From NCBI GenBank assembly GCA_050261675.1, contig JBLNDO010000024.1, positions 9,276 through 73,275 of the forward strand: DNA of 64,000 bases, given 5' to 3'. The notes under the pieces are model-generated. The model searched no databases and was not told where the DNA came from. It worked only from the letters and a program-made list of their open reading frames with translations. Position numbers and translations under genes: made by a program. The DNA comes from Bacillota bacterium (GTDB taxonomy: Bacteria; Pseudomonadota; Gammaproteobacteria; Natronospirales; REEB76). Positions 44,149 to 53,905 of the stretch are shown here, one piece after another (the stretch's first letter is position 1; every line of letters begins with the position of its first letter).

Positions 44149-44891
44149 AACCCCCATTCCTTCGGCGTGAACAGCAGCGTCATCGTCTGGCGCGCCAAAC
44201 CCATTCCCTGGTTGAAGTCATGGCCGCCCGGCAGCCAGGCGTCCTGATCGAAGCTGCCGTGCGCATATAAACCGATGTTGCTGGCGTTCAGGCTGTAACC
44301 GGTGGTGCTGGAACGGTAGATGAGGTGGGTGTACCTCAGCCCGAAATGATCCACTTCGTATTCGACGAACCAGCCGTGGGCGGGTTTAAGCATGACGCTT
44401 TGGAAGGAGTAGACGCCGCTGTAGGAATTCACCATGTTGTAGGCGCGCCAGGTGCCTCCGGCGCCCACGCGCCCTCCCTCCCAGGCGTATTCCAGCCCTA
44501 GGTCACCGGTGGCGCTCCCGGATCCATAGTTGCCGATGGAGTTTTGGGGATTGTCGACGATGACGTCCCAAAGCACATCGGCGCAGGTGGGAATCTGGCA
44601 AACATAGGCGCCGCCGACGGCCGCCTTCAGGCTCAGGCCCGTGCTGCCCAACGCCTGGCGGTAATAACCCTGCACGAAAAAGGTGTTGCCGGCGTAAAGA
44701 CTCACGTTGGTCGGCGTGAGGCTGGGCTGGCCCGTGATGCCGGAGACGATCAGGTTCCCGCCGCCGAAGGTGATTCCGGTCTCGTAGCCGAACTCGGGTT
44801 TCCAGCCGGGGCCGTCGGCATCCGCCACGGCCTGCAAAGGCGCAAGGCCGATGCCGGCGAGAACGAAACAAACAGGCCATCCCTTGGTCAT
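44145..44891 (-). CDS. Outer-membrane beta-barrel protein, unknown function
   Basis: Signal peptide MTKGWPVCFVLAGIGLAPLQAVA, with AAGGGGA before the ATG at 44891. Beta-strand pattern and C-terminal ...KEWGF. Confidence 0.55.
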   Translation of the reverse strand: MTKGWPVCFVLAGIGLAPLQAVADADGPGWKPEFGYETGITFGGGNLIVSGITGQPSLTPTNVSLYAGNTFFVQGYYRQALGSTGLSLKAAVGGAYVCQIPTCADVLWDVIVDNPQNSIGNYGSGSATGDLGLEYAWEGGRVGAGGTWRAYNMVNSYSGVYSFQSVMLKPAHGWFVEYEVDHFGLRYTHLIYRSSTTGYSLNASNIGLYAHGSFDQDAWLPGGHDFNQGMGLARQTMTLLFTPKEWGF

Positions 44892-44977
44892 GGCGATCCC
44901 CTTCTTGGTGTGCATTCATGGTACCGCGGCGGCCAACCCGCCGCCTAACTCCCCGCCGGGCCTGGGTTTAACGCCGC

Positions 44978-45011
44978 AAAAAGAAGGCCCCGCTGCTCGC
45001 GCAGCGGGGCC
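44978..45011 (-). terminator. Rho-independent terminator of the DUF885 gene
   Basis: ggccccgctgc-gcga-gcagcggggcc is a perfect stem, followed on the minus strand by TTCTTTTT. Confidence 0.6.
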
Positions 45012-45030
45012 TTTCCATCTCAACCCAAGC

Positions 45031-46785
45031 TTACTTCTGGCTCGGGATGAATTCTTCTTTGACCGCCTGGCGCATCAGATCCGGCGGCAGGAGACCCTGG
45101 CTCAGGATGAAGTCGTTGAACTTCTGCCGGTCGAACTTCGTCCCCAAGGCCACCTGCGCCTCGCCGCGCATGGTGAGGAAGTTGTGGTAGCCGTAGTAGT
45201 AGCTCGTGGCCTGGCCCGGCATCTGGAAAGCGAAGCGGTTCGCCTCCTCCGTGGCGAAGGCCGGCGAGGCCACCAGTTCCCGCTCCAGGAACTCCTTGGC
45301 CTGGTCCGGGGTCATCATCCCCAGGTTGACCATGGGGTCCAGGAAGGCGCGGGCGGCGCGCAGCAGCCGGTCGCGCAGCGCGATCATCTGCCCTTCCAGG
45401 GGCTCGTAGGGCTGCATCTCCGCCTCCGAATACAAGGCCCAGCCTTCCACATTGGCGCTGTTGAAGGCGAACACGGCACGGGCGATGGAGGTGCCGTTTT
45501 CGATCATGCTGGCGAACTGCAGCTCATGACCGGGGCGTCCCTCGTGGGAGGTGAGCGTCCAGGCGGCGGCGTCGAAGGTATCGTCGTCCATGCCGCCCGG
45601 CTGGCCGACGTTGTTCGGCAGCACGAAGGAACCGTACTGGCCGGTGTTGCCGATAAGCCGCGGGGAATCCATGTGCGGCGCCGGTTCCTGGGCGGTCTCG
45701 GCGGCGGAGCCCATGCGGATCACCATGTCGCGCTGCGGCAGGGTGACGATGTGCTCCTTCCGGATGATCACCTCGATCTGCTTCAGCCGCTCCTTATAGA
45801 AGGGCAGGATGTCCTTGTTGTTGAGCTGCTTCTTCTTGAGCTCGCGGATCACGTCGCGGTAATCCGTGCTCTTCATGTGGTCCTGCTTCGCGACCAGGAT
45901 CGCCATGCCTTCCAGCTGGTGCTGGATCTCGGAGAAGGAGAACAAGGCTTCCTGAATGAGCGCACGGGGGTCCTCATCCACGCCGAGGTCATGCAGGTTG
46001 TTGGCATAGAGCTCCTCGGGGAACTTGTTGTCGGCGCGGGCATGGGCCATGACGTCGGTCTTCACCCAGGCCACGTAGTCGTTGAGTTGCCCTTCGAGCT
46101 TGGCCCAGGGCTCCTGCCAGCCCTGCACCTTGCTCGCGGTGAGCAGCTGCTTGATGCCCGGGATGTACTGCTGGGCGTCCTTCAGGTCCTGCTCCACCTG
46201 GCCCTTGTAGGGGCCGAGAAGCCCGGGGCGCTTCAGGTCGTTCTCGAACAGGGTCTTGGCCTGCTCGGTGATGGCCGGCCGGCCTGGCACCATGCCCGCG
46301 TAAGCTTCGAGACGCTTCACCACCGCTTGCTGGCGTTCCGCCGGTACCTGCGGGTCGATGAGCGAGCGCACGCCGAAGAATACCGTCTGGGGCACGTTGT
46401 TGTAGTTCAACAGGTACTTGGTTTGCAGCTCGTTGTCGTGCTTCACGTTGTTCGCTTCGGTGAGGAGGATTTGCAAGTCCTGCTTCACGTGCGGGTCCGT
46501 GGCGGCCGCGAGCTTGGCATTCAGTTCCACGATGTCCTGGTCGATGGCGGCGTTGAGCCGCTGCACGATGTCGGGCGTGAGATTGGTGGCCTGCTCGTCC
46601 AGGCCGTCCACGCCGATCTGGCCCGCCTGCTCGGGGGCAAAGTCGGCAAAGGTCTTGAGCAGGATCTGGGAATCCTGGTTGCTCTCGGCCACCCAGGCCG
46701 GTGCTTGCGGCGGCGCCGCGTTGACGGTCAGGGCGGCGCCGGCGAGGCCTAAGGCCAGCCCCAGCGTCAGGGATTTGGATTTCAT
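45031..46785 (-). CDS. DUF885-family protein (metallopeptidase-like), secreted
   Basis: Signal peptide MKSKSLTLGLALGLAGAALTVNA, and HEGRPGHELQ, the HExxxGH-type motif of DUF885. Confidence 0.8.
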   Translation of the reverse strand: MKSKSLTLGLALGLAGAALTVNAAPPQAPAWVAESNQDSQILLKTFADFAPEQAGQIGVDGLDEQATNLTPDIVQRLNAAIDQDIVELNAKLAAATDPHVKQDLQILLTEANNVKHDNELQTKYLLNYNNVPQTVFFGVRSLIDPQVPAERQQAVVKRLEAYAGMVPGRPAITEQAKTLFENDLKRPGLLGPYKGQVEQDLKDAQQYIPGIKQLLTASKVQGWQEPWAKLEGQLNDYVAWVKTDVMAHARADNKFPEELYANNLHDLGVDEDPRALIQEALFSFSEIQHQLEGMAILVAKQDHMKSTDYRDVIRELKKKQLNNKDILPFYKERLKQIEVIIRKEHIVTLPQRDMVIRMGSAAETAQEPAPHMDSPRLIGNTGQYGSFVLPNNVGQPGGMDDDTFDAAAWTLTSHEGRPGHELQFASMIENGTSIARAVFAFNSANVEGWALYSEAEMQPYEPLEGQMIALRDRLLRAARAFLDPMVNLGMMTPDQAKEFLERELVASPAFATEEANRFAFQMPGQATSYYYGYHNFLTMRGEAQVALGTKFDRQKFNDFILSQGLLPPDLMRQAVKEEFIPSQK

Positions 46786-46887
46786 CTTGGCGTTTCCTCT
46801 GTTTGGTCTTGAAAGGTGCCCCTTGGGAGGCGGGATTCCTTGGGGCAGAGACAGTGGCCTTGGTCCAACGATCACCTACCCCTAGGT

Positions 46888-46905
46888 GTTATACATATAT
46901 ATAAC
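46888..46905. promoter_or_regulatory. AT-rich 18-bp near-palindrome GTTATACATATATATAAC upstream of the DUF885 gene
   Basis: GTTATA-N6-TATAAC with one mismatched pair, in a conspicuously AT-rich ~100-bp spacer. Confidence 0.25.
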
Positions 46906-46976
46906 AGTGATACTCTAATGACAAGGGGTCAGCCTGCTGATTTTTCAGCTAGATAAAATCTTTACGATACAGTGAG

Positions 46977-48713
46977 TTAGATGCTAGTCGATGTAAGAGT
47001 CAGGGCACGGGCCTTATCCCGCAGCGCCTCCGGCGGGAGCCGGCCTTCCGCCACCGCCGTCACCAGGGCTTCGTTGTCCCGGGCGCGCAGGATGCGCCAG
47101 GCGGCCCCCACTTCTCTCGCCACCAGCGTGATCAGCTTCTTCTCGTCCGCCGCGTAATGCTCGCCCGGGCGGTTACGGCAGACGATGGCGCCGCGCAGGC
47201 GCCCGAGCACCAGCATGGGGAACACGCCGCCATCACCGCCCAGGTCGCTCGCCACAGTCTCCAGGTCCACCGCCTTGCGATCGGCCCTAAGCGCCACACA
47301 GGCACCGTCATCATTGTTGAGCCGTTCCGGGAACCTGCCCTCGCCCAGTTGGCGCACCCGGTGGTAGCCACCCGCCTCGACGGAATAGATGGCGAGGCCG
47401 GGAGTGCCCACGTGCCGGTAGATCTCGCCGGCGGCCGCGTCCAGAAGCGCCGCCGGATCCTCCATGTGTCCCACACGGCGGGCGAAGGTGCGCAGGGCCT
47501 TGTCCGCCAGGTAGCGGGCTCGGAAGAACACCTGCTCCACGAAACGGTTCAGGTAATCCCGCACCCGGCCGAGCGTGATGCCGAGGGACAAGGGCACCAG
47601 CACCTGCACGGCGAGGCTCGCTCCCGGCGCCAAGGCGGCGCGCAGCACCAGGCTGTTGACGGCGGCCACCACACCCACCACCAAGGTGGTCATGGCGCCG
47701 TAGACCAGGGCCTGGTCGATGACCACGGCCACGTTCACTACTCTCAGGCGCAGCACCGCGTAGAGGAATCCCAATAGGGCCAGGATCATCAACAGCGTGC
47801 TCAGGGCGCCCGACGCCTGGCCTAGCACCGGCGTGTTCTGCAGCAGGATGCCCGCGAACCAGAGGATGCCGCTCGTCAGCATCCAACGCAGGCGCTGGTG
47901 CTCCGCCGCCGCGGACCGGCGATAGCCCACGTAAAGCATGACGATAGGCACGAGATAACTCGCCGTAAGCACCAGGCCATAATTGGTGTTGTTGAGGGCG
48001 ACCGAGTCGAAGAACACCACGCCCACGCCTGTCGGTCCGCCGAAAGCATAGCCAGCGCCCAGCGCCAAGATCAGACCGAAACCTACGCGGAAACAGAGGA
48101 GTTGTCTTTTGCTGAGTGCGCTTCCAACCCGCGCCTCCGCCATGATGTAGAAACCCACGCGCGCGGTGAGGTAACACGAGGTCGAGAGGCACAAAATCGC
48201 GAATCCCCACCAGTCGTCTAGCGGGATGGCCCCGAGCTGCGCGCTCAACACGTAAGTCACCGCCCAGAGGCCCATGCCAAACGCGGCCCGGTCGTGGCCG
48301 CGCCAGATGAGCAGTAGCGCGATCGCGGCCATGAGCACCCCGCCGATGGACCATGGCAGGGCGTACCACAAGAGCCCCGGCATGCCGCTGTGATCGTTCA
48401 CGGTGACCTGGACGGTGCGGGTCTGGCCGTCCCGCTGACCCACCACGTCGATGACCTGACCCAGGGGTCGGGTCGGCAGGGTCCAGATCAAGCGGGTCGC
48501 GAGGCTCTGCTGCCGCAAATCGATGAGGTCGCCTTCCTGCACCCCGGCCGGCAGCGGAATGCCGGGTAAAGCATGGGCCACGGCCACATGGCTGTCCTGG
48601 AACTGCACGTTCACGTCCACGTCGCGGGGATGGAAACGGGTCCAGACCCCGGCGCAGACCAGGGCGACGATGCACAGCGAGAGCAGCGCGGCAAGCAACG
48701 GGCGGTGGCTCAT
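46977..48713 (-). CDS. Polytopic membrane protein with a C-terminal GAF-like domain
   Basis: About 10 hydrophobic helices, then a soluble C-terminus (...LLDAAAGEIYRHVGTPGLAIYSVE...FPMLVLGRLRGAIVC...) resembling a GAF fold. Start taken at MSHRPLL. Confidence 0.65.
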   Translation of the reverse strand: MSHRPLLAALLSLCIVALVCAGVWTRFHPRDVDVNVQFQDSHVAVAHALPGIPLPAGVQEGDLIDLRQQSLATRLIWTLPTRPLGQVIDVVGQRDGQTRTVQVTVNDHSGMPGLLWYALPWSIGGVLMAAIALLLIWRGHDRAAFGMGLWAVTYVLSAQLGAIPLDDWWGFAILCLSTSCYLTARVGFYIMAEARVGSALSKRQLLCFRVGFGLILALGAGYAFGGPTGVGVVFFDSVALNNTNYGLVLTASYLVPIVMLYVGYRRSAAAEHQRLRWMLTSGILWFAGILLQNTPVLGQASGALSTLLMILALLGFLYAVLRLRVVNVAVVIDQALVYGAMTTLVVGVVAAVNSLVLRAALAPGASLAVQVLVPLSLGITLGRVRDYLNRFVEQVFFRARYLADKALRTFARRVGHMEDPAALLDAAAGEIYRHVGTPGLAIYSVEAGGYHRVRQLGEGRFPERLNNDDGACVALRADRKAVDLETVASDLGGDGGVFPMLVLGRLRGAIVCRNRPGEHYAADEKKLITLVAREVGAAWRILRARDNEALVTAVAEGRLPPEALRDKARALTLTSTSI

Positions 48714-48781
48714 GGGAGTTCTCCACGGGCTAGCGCCAGCAGGATAGCCCATCCCCGCCGGGACTCAATCCAAGGCGGCAC

Positions 48782-50365
48782 TCACGGCCGGCAGGCGGGG
48801 TCGGTGATGCTCGGGAGGAAGCGCGGCGGGCGCCGCGCGTGGCTCGCCTGCTCGTAGGCATAGGCGATGCCGATCAGCGTCGGCTCGCTCCACTTGGCCC
48901 CGAAGAAGCTCATGCCCACGGGCAGGCAGTGCACGAAGCCCGCCGGCACGGTCACATCCGGATAGCCCGCCACCGCCGCCGGTGAGGAGCTGCCGCCGGC
49001 CGTGTGGTCGCCCGTGATCATGTCCGTCATCCAGGCGGGGCCGCCGGTAGGCGCCAGGAGGGCGTCCAGCTTGTCCTTGGCGAGCGTCGCGTCGATGCCT
49101 TCAGGGCCGGCGAGGCGCTTGGACTTCTCCAGCGAATCCAGGTAAGCCTTGTCCGTGAGCGGGCCCTTGGATTCGGCCTGCTCGAAGAAGTCCTGACCGA
49201 ACCAGGGCATCTCCTCCGCGGCATGGGTCTTATCGAAAGCAATCACGTCCGCGAGGTCGTGCACCGCGAGGCCCGAGCGGCCCGCGAGATAGGCGTTGAG
49301 ATCGTGCTTCAGCTCGTAGACCAGCACGTTGGTCTCGTCGTCACCGTAGTCGTTCATGTGAGGCAGATCCACTGGATCCACGATGACCGCGCCCTGGGCT
49401 TTGAGCACAGCGATAGTCTGGTCCAGGAGCGCGTCCACGTTGGGGTCGAAGCCTGCCAACTTGCGCACCACGCCGATGCGCTTGCCCTTGAGCGCGCCCG
49501 GGTCCAGGAACTTGCGGTAGTCGGTGGCGTGCTGGTCCGCCTCGACGGTGGCCGGATCCTGGGGGTCGCTGCCGGCCAGCACCGTGAGGAGCAGCGCCGC
49601 GTCGGCGACGCTCCCGGCGATGGGCCCGGCGGTGTCCTGGCTGTGCGCGATGGGGACGATACCGCTGCGGCTCACGAGGCCGAGCGTGGGCTTGATGCCC
49701 ACCAGGCCGTTGGTGGACGAGGGGCAGACGATGGAACCGTCGGTCTCGCTGCCCACGGCCACGAGGGTGTAGCCCGCGGCCACCGCCGCGGCGGAGCCGG
49801 AACTGGAGCCGCAGGCGTTGCGGTCCAGGGCGTAGGGATTGCGCGTCAAGCCGCCCCGCCCGCTCCAGCCGCTCACCGAGTGGTTGGAACGGATGTTGGC
49901 CCATTCGCTCAAGTTGGTCTTGCCCAGGATCACCGCGCCCGCTGCGCGCAGCCGTGCCGCCACGGCGGAATCCCGCGGCGCGGGCGCCCCCGTCATGGCG
50001 AGGGAGCCCGCGGTAGTCAGCATGCGGTCGCCGGTGTCGATGTTGTCCTTGAGGAGCACGGGGATCCCGTAGAGCAGCCCCTTCTGGCCGCCCTTCTCCA
50101 AGGATGCGGCGATGGCTAGCGCGTCCGGATTGGTCTCGATCACTGCGTGTATCTTCGGCCCGCCGGTGTCGAGGCCCGCGATGCGGTCCAGTGCCGCCCG
50201 GGTGAGCCGCGTGGGGGTGGTGGCGCCGGAGCGAAGCGCTTGCTCCGCCTCGGCGAGGGAGGCCGGACCGCCCGGCGCCGTGGCGGGCTGGCTGGCGCAG
50301 CCGAATGCCGCCAGGAACAGGCCGGAAGAAAGCACGGCGCGCGCCGCTCGCGGGATGAGTTCCAT
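48782..50365 (-). CDS. Amidase-signature family amidase, probable lipoprotein
   Basis: CGSSSGSAAAVAAG amidase signature. N-terminus MELIPRAARAVLSSGLFLAAFGC. Confidence 0.85.
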   Translation of the reverse strand: MELIPRAARAVLSSGLFLAAFGCASQPATAPGGPASLAEAEQALRSGATTPTRLTRAALDRIAGLDTGGPKIHAVIETNPDALAIAASLEKGGQKGLLYGIPVLLKDNIDTGDRMLTTAGSLAMTGAPAPRDSAVAARLRAAGAVILGKTNLSEWANIRSNHSVSGWSGRGGLTRNPYALDRNACGSSSGSAAAVAAGYTLVAVGSETDGSIVCPSSTNGLVGIKPTLGLVSRSGIVPIAHSQDTAGPIAGSVADAALLLTVLAGSDPQDPATVEADQHATDYRKFLDPGALKGKRIGVVRKLAGFDPNVDALLDQTIAVLKAQGAVIVDPVDLPHMNDYGDDETNVLVYELKHDLNAYLAGRSGLAVHDLADVIAFDKTHAAEEMPWFGQDFFEQAESKGPLTDKAYLDSLEKSKRLAGPEGIDATLAKDKLDALLAPTGGPAWMTDMITGDHTAGGSSSPAAVAGYPDVTVPAGFVHCLPVGMSFFGAKWSEPTLIGIAYAYEQASHARRPPRFLPSITDPACRP

Positions 50366-50422
50366 GGGACCTCCAGGGGAAGAAGGGCGTCCCCGGCCGC
50401 CGGGCCGGGGACGCCCCGGCAA

Positions 50423-53254
50423 TCAGAACTTTGCCTTCAAACCCAGCGAGAAGAAACGCCCGACGATGCCTGCGGAATGGTAGGTCGGATTGTAGTTCAC
50501 ACCGGCATAGTCGATGGGGTCGAATGGCGCCTTGCGGTCGAACAGATTGAGGATCGCCCCGGTCATGGAGACCTTGTCGGTGAAGTCGTACTCGCCCGTG
50601 AGGTCCACGTAAGTGAACGACGGCACGCGGCAGTCCGCCGGCAGGTTGGCGCCGGTGGGCGTGGCGGTGGAGAAGCACAGGTCATTGGTGCCCGGGCCGG
50701 TCACGTCCGGCACGCTCATGAAGATGCCACTCACGTAGTTGATAGTGGCGGTCACGTTGGCGGGCCCGAAGTCGAAGCTGTTCGCCCAGCTGATGCGGTC
50801 ACGCGGGGTGCCGGCGCCGGACGACAGGATGTACGGCCCTTGGGTGCCCACGTAGTTCACCAGCGGCCCACCCGCGCTCAGGGTCTCCTCGAAGCTCAGG
50901 ATGCGGGTGAAATCCAGGTCGCTGGTCCAGTGCGTTGCCGCGAAGTCCTGCTTGTAGACGAGGCTCAAATCCACGCCGCTGGTCTTGAGTTCGTTCTCGT
51001 TCACGTAGGGCGCGGCGACGATGGTGGGGCGCGGCAAGAGCGTGGGATGCGCCGGGTCCGGCACGTCCTGGCTGATGGAGGACCCCGGCGGCAGGGACTG
51101 GCCCGCGAAGTAGGCGTTCAGCACGTCGAAGGGACTGGATTGGGCGATGACGCCGGTCTTGATGATGTTGTAGTAATCGAAGGTGCCGCTCAGGGAATCG
51201 AACGGCTGGAAGATCAGTCCCAGGGTGTAGTTGCGGGCCCGCTCCGGCTGGATGTTCGGGTTGGCCGAGGTCAAGAGGCCTAAGGGATAAGGCTGCACGT
51301 AGGCGTCGTTGCCGTGGGCGGCGATGTAGCTCGCGGGAAGCGTGTAGGTGATGAAGCCCTCGGCGGCGCTGGAACCGTTCTCGGCGAAGCTCGGTGCGCG
51401 GAAGCCCTTGGAATAGGTGCCGCGGAAACCGAGCTCGGGAATGGGCGTCCATTTCACGCCGAACTTGGGCGAGAAGGCGCTGCCGAAGTCGGAGTAGTGG
51501 TCCTCCCGGCCGGCGAAGTCGAGCTCCAGGGATTCCAGCACCGGCGCGTCCAGTTCCACGAACACCGCGCTCACGGTGCGCGAGCCGATGGTGTGCGCGA
51601 TGCCCAGGCCCTGGAATTCCAGGTTGGGGTTGAGGTCCGGGTCGTCCTGGGCTTCGTAGCGCCACTGGCCGCCGAGGGCGAGGCCCAGCGGGCCGCCGGA
51701 CAGGGCCATCAAGTCCCGGTTGGCGGTGAAATCCAGCGCGTCCATGTCGGTGGTAGAGGTCTTGGCGATGGTCGGTGACAGAGCGTCGCGCACCGCTTGG
51801 GAATTGGACGCGGGGTTCACAAAGCTATAGGCGCCGGTGGCGATGTCCTGCAGTAGTTGTTGGTAGTTGATGAATCCCCGGTTGTTCACGTTCAGCCAGG
51901 TGTGGTTGAGGGTGAGCGCGGCGTCGTAACTCCAGTCGGCGCCCAGGTCGCCGTTCACTTCCCCCACCATCCGCATGTTGTGGTTCACATCGGTGAAACC
52001 ACCGGGGATGTCGCCGAAGGCATAGTTGATGGCGGCGTATTTCCCGGACGAGGCGAAGGGATCGTTGGGGTTCAGCTTGCCGTTGAGCAGGGTCGGCGGC
52101 AGCACGATGGAGTCGGTGTTGTTGGGCGAGCTCACCTGGATCTGGCTCGGGTTCGCCGTGGCCACGGTCCGGGTCTGGAAGAAGCTCGCGGTCAGGTTGA
52201 CCGTGGTGGCGGAACTGATGTCCGCCGTCATGCGGCCCTCCAGGCCGTAGCGGTCCTCCTCCGGCAGAATCTCGTCGTTCAGGGAGACGAAGTTCTGTTC
52301 GCAGAAGGTGCCGGTTCCGGCCACCGTCACCTGCTTGGAATCGGCCGGGTTACAGGGGCGCAACGGCTGGTAGAGGCCGCTCACATTGCCGCTGGCGTCC
52401 GAGGGGGCCACGGCGCCGTAGCCGGAGCCGAAGAACAGGCCGGGGTTGCCGGCATTGAAATCGAGCCCGCCGAGAGAAGAGGTGTCGGCGGTGTTATAGG
52501 GGAAGCCACGCTGGCTGTTGTGGATCGGGTCGTCCTTCTCGTACTCGAAATTGACCCAGGCGTTGTAATGGTCCTGGGCGGTGTCGCCGGTGCCGCCGAG
52601 GTAGCTGAACTGGGTGGTGGTCCCGCCGCCGTGCTGGGAGGTGCCGGCTCCGGCCTTTACCTGGGTGTCGTGGTAGTTCTTGACCAGGATGATGTTCACT
52701 ACGCCGGCGATGGCGTCGGCGCCGTAGATGGAGGACGCGCCGTCCTTCAGCACTTCGATGTGGTCCACGGCGTTGAGGGGAATGGTGTTGAGGTCGGTGA
52801 AGGAACGCTCGCCGTCGTCGGCGAGGGCGTAGGCCGCGGTGCGGTGCCCATCGATGAGGATCAGCGTGGAGTTCACCGTGAGGCCGCGCAAGGCCAGGCC
52901 GGTGGAACCCGCGGCGAATCCCAGCGTGAAGCCGAGCGGAATGGTGCCGCTGTTGTCGGCGGTGATTGACCGCAGCACGTCCGAGACCGTGGTGAGGCCG
53001 CTTTGCTGGATCTGGGTGGCGGTGATGATCTCCACCGGTGCCGGGGTCTCGATGCTGGTGCGCGGTATGGCCGTGCCGGTGACCGTGATGCGGCCGAGTT
53101 GGGCCGTCTGGGGCGACGTCGCCGGTGTGGCGCTCGGTGCGGGTTGGGGCGGGGCCGCGGTGGCGGCGTTGGGAGCCGGGTCCGCCGCCGCGGCGGCGCC
53201 GGCTACAAACAGGAAAACTAGGGTCAGAGTTTTATGCAGACGAATCGAGTTCAT
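50423..53254 (-). CDS. TonB-dependent outer-membrane receptor
   Basis: Signal peptide, plug domain (ITVTGTAIPRTSIETPAPVEII...GLTTVSDVLR), a long beta-barrel and a terminal ...SLGLKAKF. Confidence 0.9.
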   Translation of the reverse strand: MNSIRLHKTLTLVFLFVAGAAAAADPAPNAATAAPPQPAPSATPATSPQTAQLGRITVTGTAIPRTSIETPAPVEIITATQIQQSGLTTVSDVLRSITADNSGTIPLGFTLGFAAGSTGLALRGLTVNSTLILIDGHRTAAYALADDGERSFTDLNTIPLNAVDHIEVLKDGASSIYGADAIAGVVNIILVKNYHDTQVKAGAGTSQHGGGTTTQFSYLGGTGDTAQDHYNAWVNFEYEKDDPIHNSQRGFPYNTADTSSLGGLDFNAGNPGLFFGSGYGAVAPSDASGNVSGLYQPLRPCNPADSKQVTVAGTGTFCEQNFVSLNDEILPEEDRYGLEGRMTADISSATTVNLTASFFQTRTVATANPSQIQVSSPNNTDSIVLPPTLLNGKLNPNDPFASSGKYAAINYAFGDIPGGFTDVNHNMRMVGEVNGDLGADWSYDAALTLNHTWLNVNNRGFINYQQLLQDIATGAYSFVNPASNSQAVRDALSPTIAKTSTTDMDALDFTANRDLMALSGGPLGLALGGQWRYEAQDDPDLNPNLEFQGLGIAHTIGSRTVSAVFVELDAPVLESLELDFAGREDHYSDFGSAFSPKFGVKWTPIPELGFRGTYSKGFRAPSFAENGSSAAEGFITYTLPASYIAAHGNDAYVQPYPLGLLTSANPNIQPERARNYTLGLIFQPFDSLSGTFDYYNIIKTGVIAQSSPFDVLNAYFAGQSLPPGSSISQDVPDPAHPTLLPRPTIVAAPYVNENELKTSGVDLSLVYKQDFAATHWTSDLDFTRILSFEETLSAGGPLVNYVGTQGPYILSSGAGTPRDRISWANSFDFGPANVTATINYVSGIFMSVPDVTGPGTNDLCFSTATPTGANLPADCRVPSFTYVDLTGEYDFTDKVSMTGAILNLFDRKAPFDPIDYAGVNYNPTYHSAGIVGRFFSLGLKAKF

Positions 53255-53461
53255 CGTGCGTCTCCCGTTATTCGTGTTTTGGACGTCTTCACCTGTCGTG
53301 AATAAAAACCAGATAAGTATGGATGCTGTTCCCGGAAATGACAGGGCGGGATTCGAATATTCGCGGTGATTAAGTCAAATCAGGCCACTCGCGCATCTCC
53401 GGTTAAGGGAATCACCCGAAGCGCTCGTGTAGGCTGGCGACGCACACCACGGAGCACCGGC

Positions 53462-53896
53462 ATGGGCATCTGGTTCAAACCCTTCGGCGTAGACGAGCTC
53501 AACGCCTACCAGCAGGAGACGCTGGTGAGCCACTTGGGCATCCGCTACACCGAGGTGGGGGAGGATTTCATCTCCGCCAGCATGCCGGTGGACGGCCGCA
53601 CCAAGCAGCCCGCCGGCATCCTGCACGGCGGAGCCTCGGTAGCGCTCGCCGAGACGCTCGGCAGCACCGGCGCGAACCTGGTGGTGGACCGGGAAAAGAA
53701 GCTCTGCGTGGGACTCGAGATCAACGCCAACCACGTGCGCGCCATGAAGGACGGCACGGTCTACGGCACGGCGCGCCCGCTGCACTTGGGCGGCACCACC
53801 CAGGTGTGGGAAATCAAGATCAGCGACGAACAGGGACGCCTAGTGTGCGTCTCGCGCATCACGATGGCGGTCTTGGACCGCTCTTCGCTGCGCTAG
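53462..53896 (+). CDS. PaaI/YbdB-type hotdog-fold thioesterase
   Basis: GILHGGASVALAETLGS ... GLEINANHVRA ... PLHLGGTTQVWEIKI. Confidence 0.85.
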   Translation: MGIWFKPFGVDELNAYQQETLVSHLGIRYTEVGEDFISASMPVDGRTKQPAGILHGGASVALAETLGSTGANLVVDREKKLCVGLEINANHVRAMKDGTVYGTARPLHLGGTTQVWEIKISDEQGRLVCVSRITMAVLDRSSLR

Positions 53897-53905
53897 GGCC
53901 GCGTT

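Noticed and set aside
53340-53400. tRNA-like T-loop string (minus strand TTCGAATCCCGCC) and a possible tRNA-3'-end att remnant
   Set aside because: No complementary T-stem or acceptor stem can be drawn. The string is part of a CGAATATTCG palindrome, and no integrase or direct repeat partner is nearby.
53385-53461. Cobalamin-riboswitch-like string GGTTAAGGGAATCACCCGAAGCG upstream of the thioesterase gene
   Set aside because: Only one short block resembles the riboswitch core, with no full B12-box context. The leader is under 100 nt, and the downstream gene is unrelated to cobalamin.
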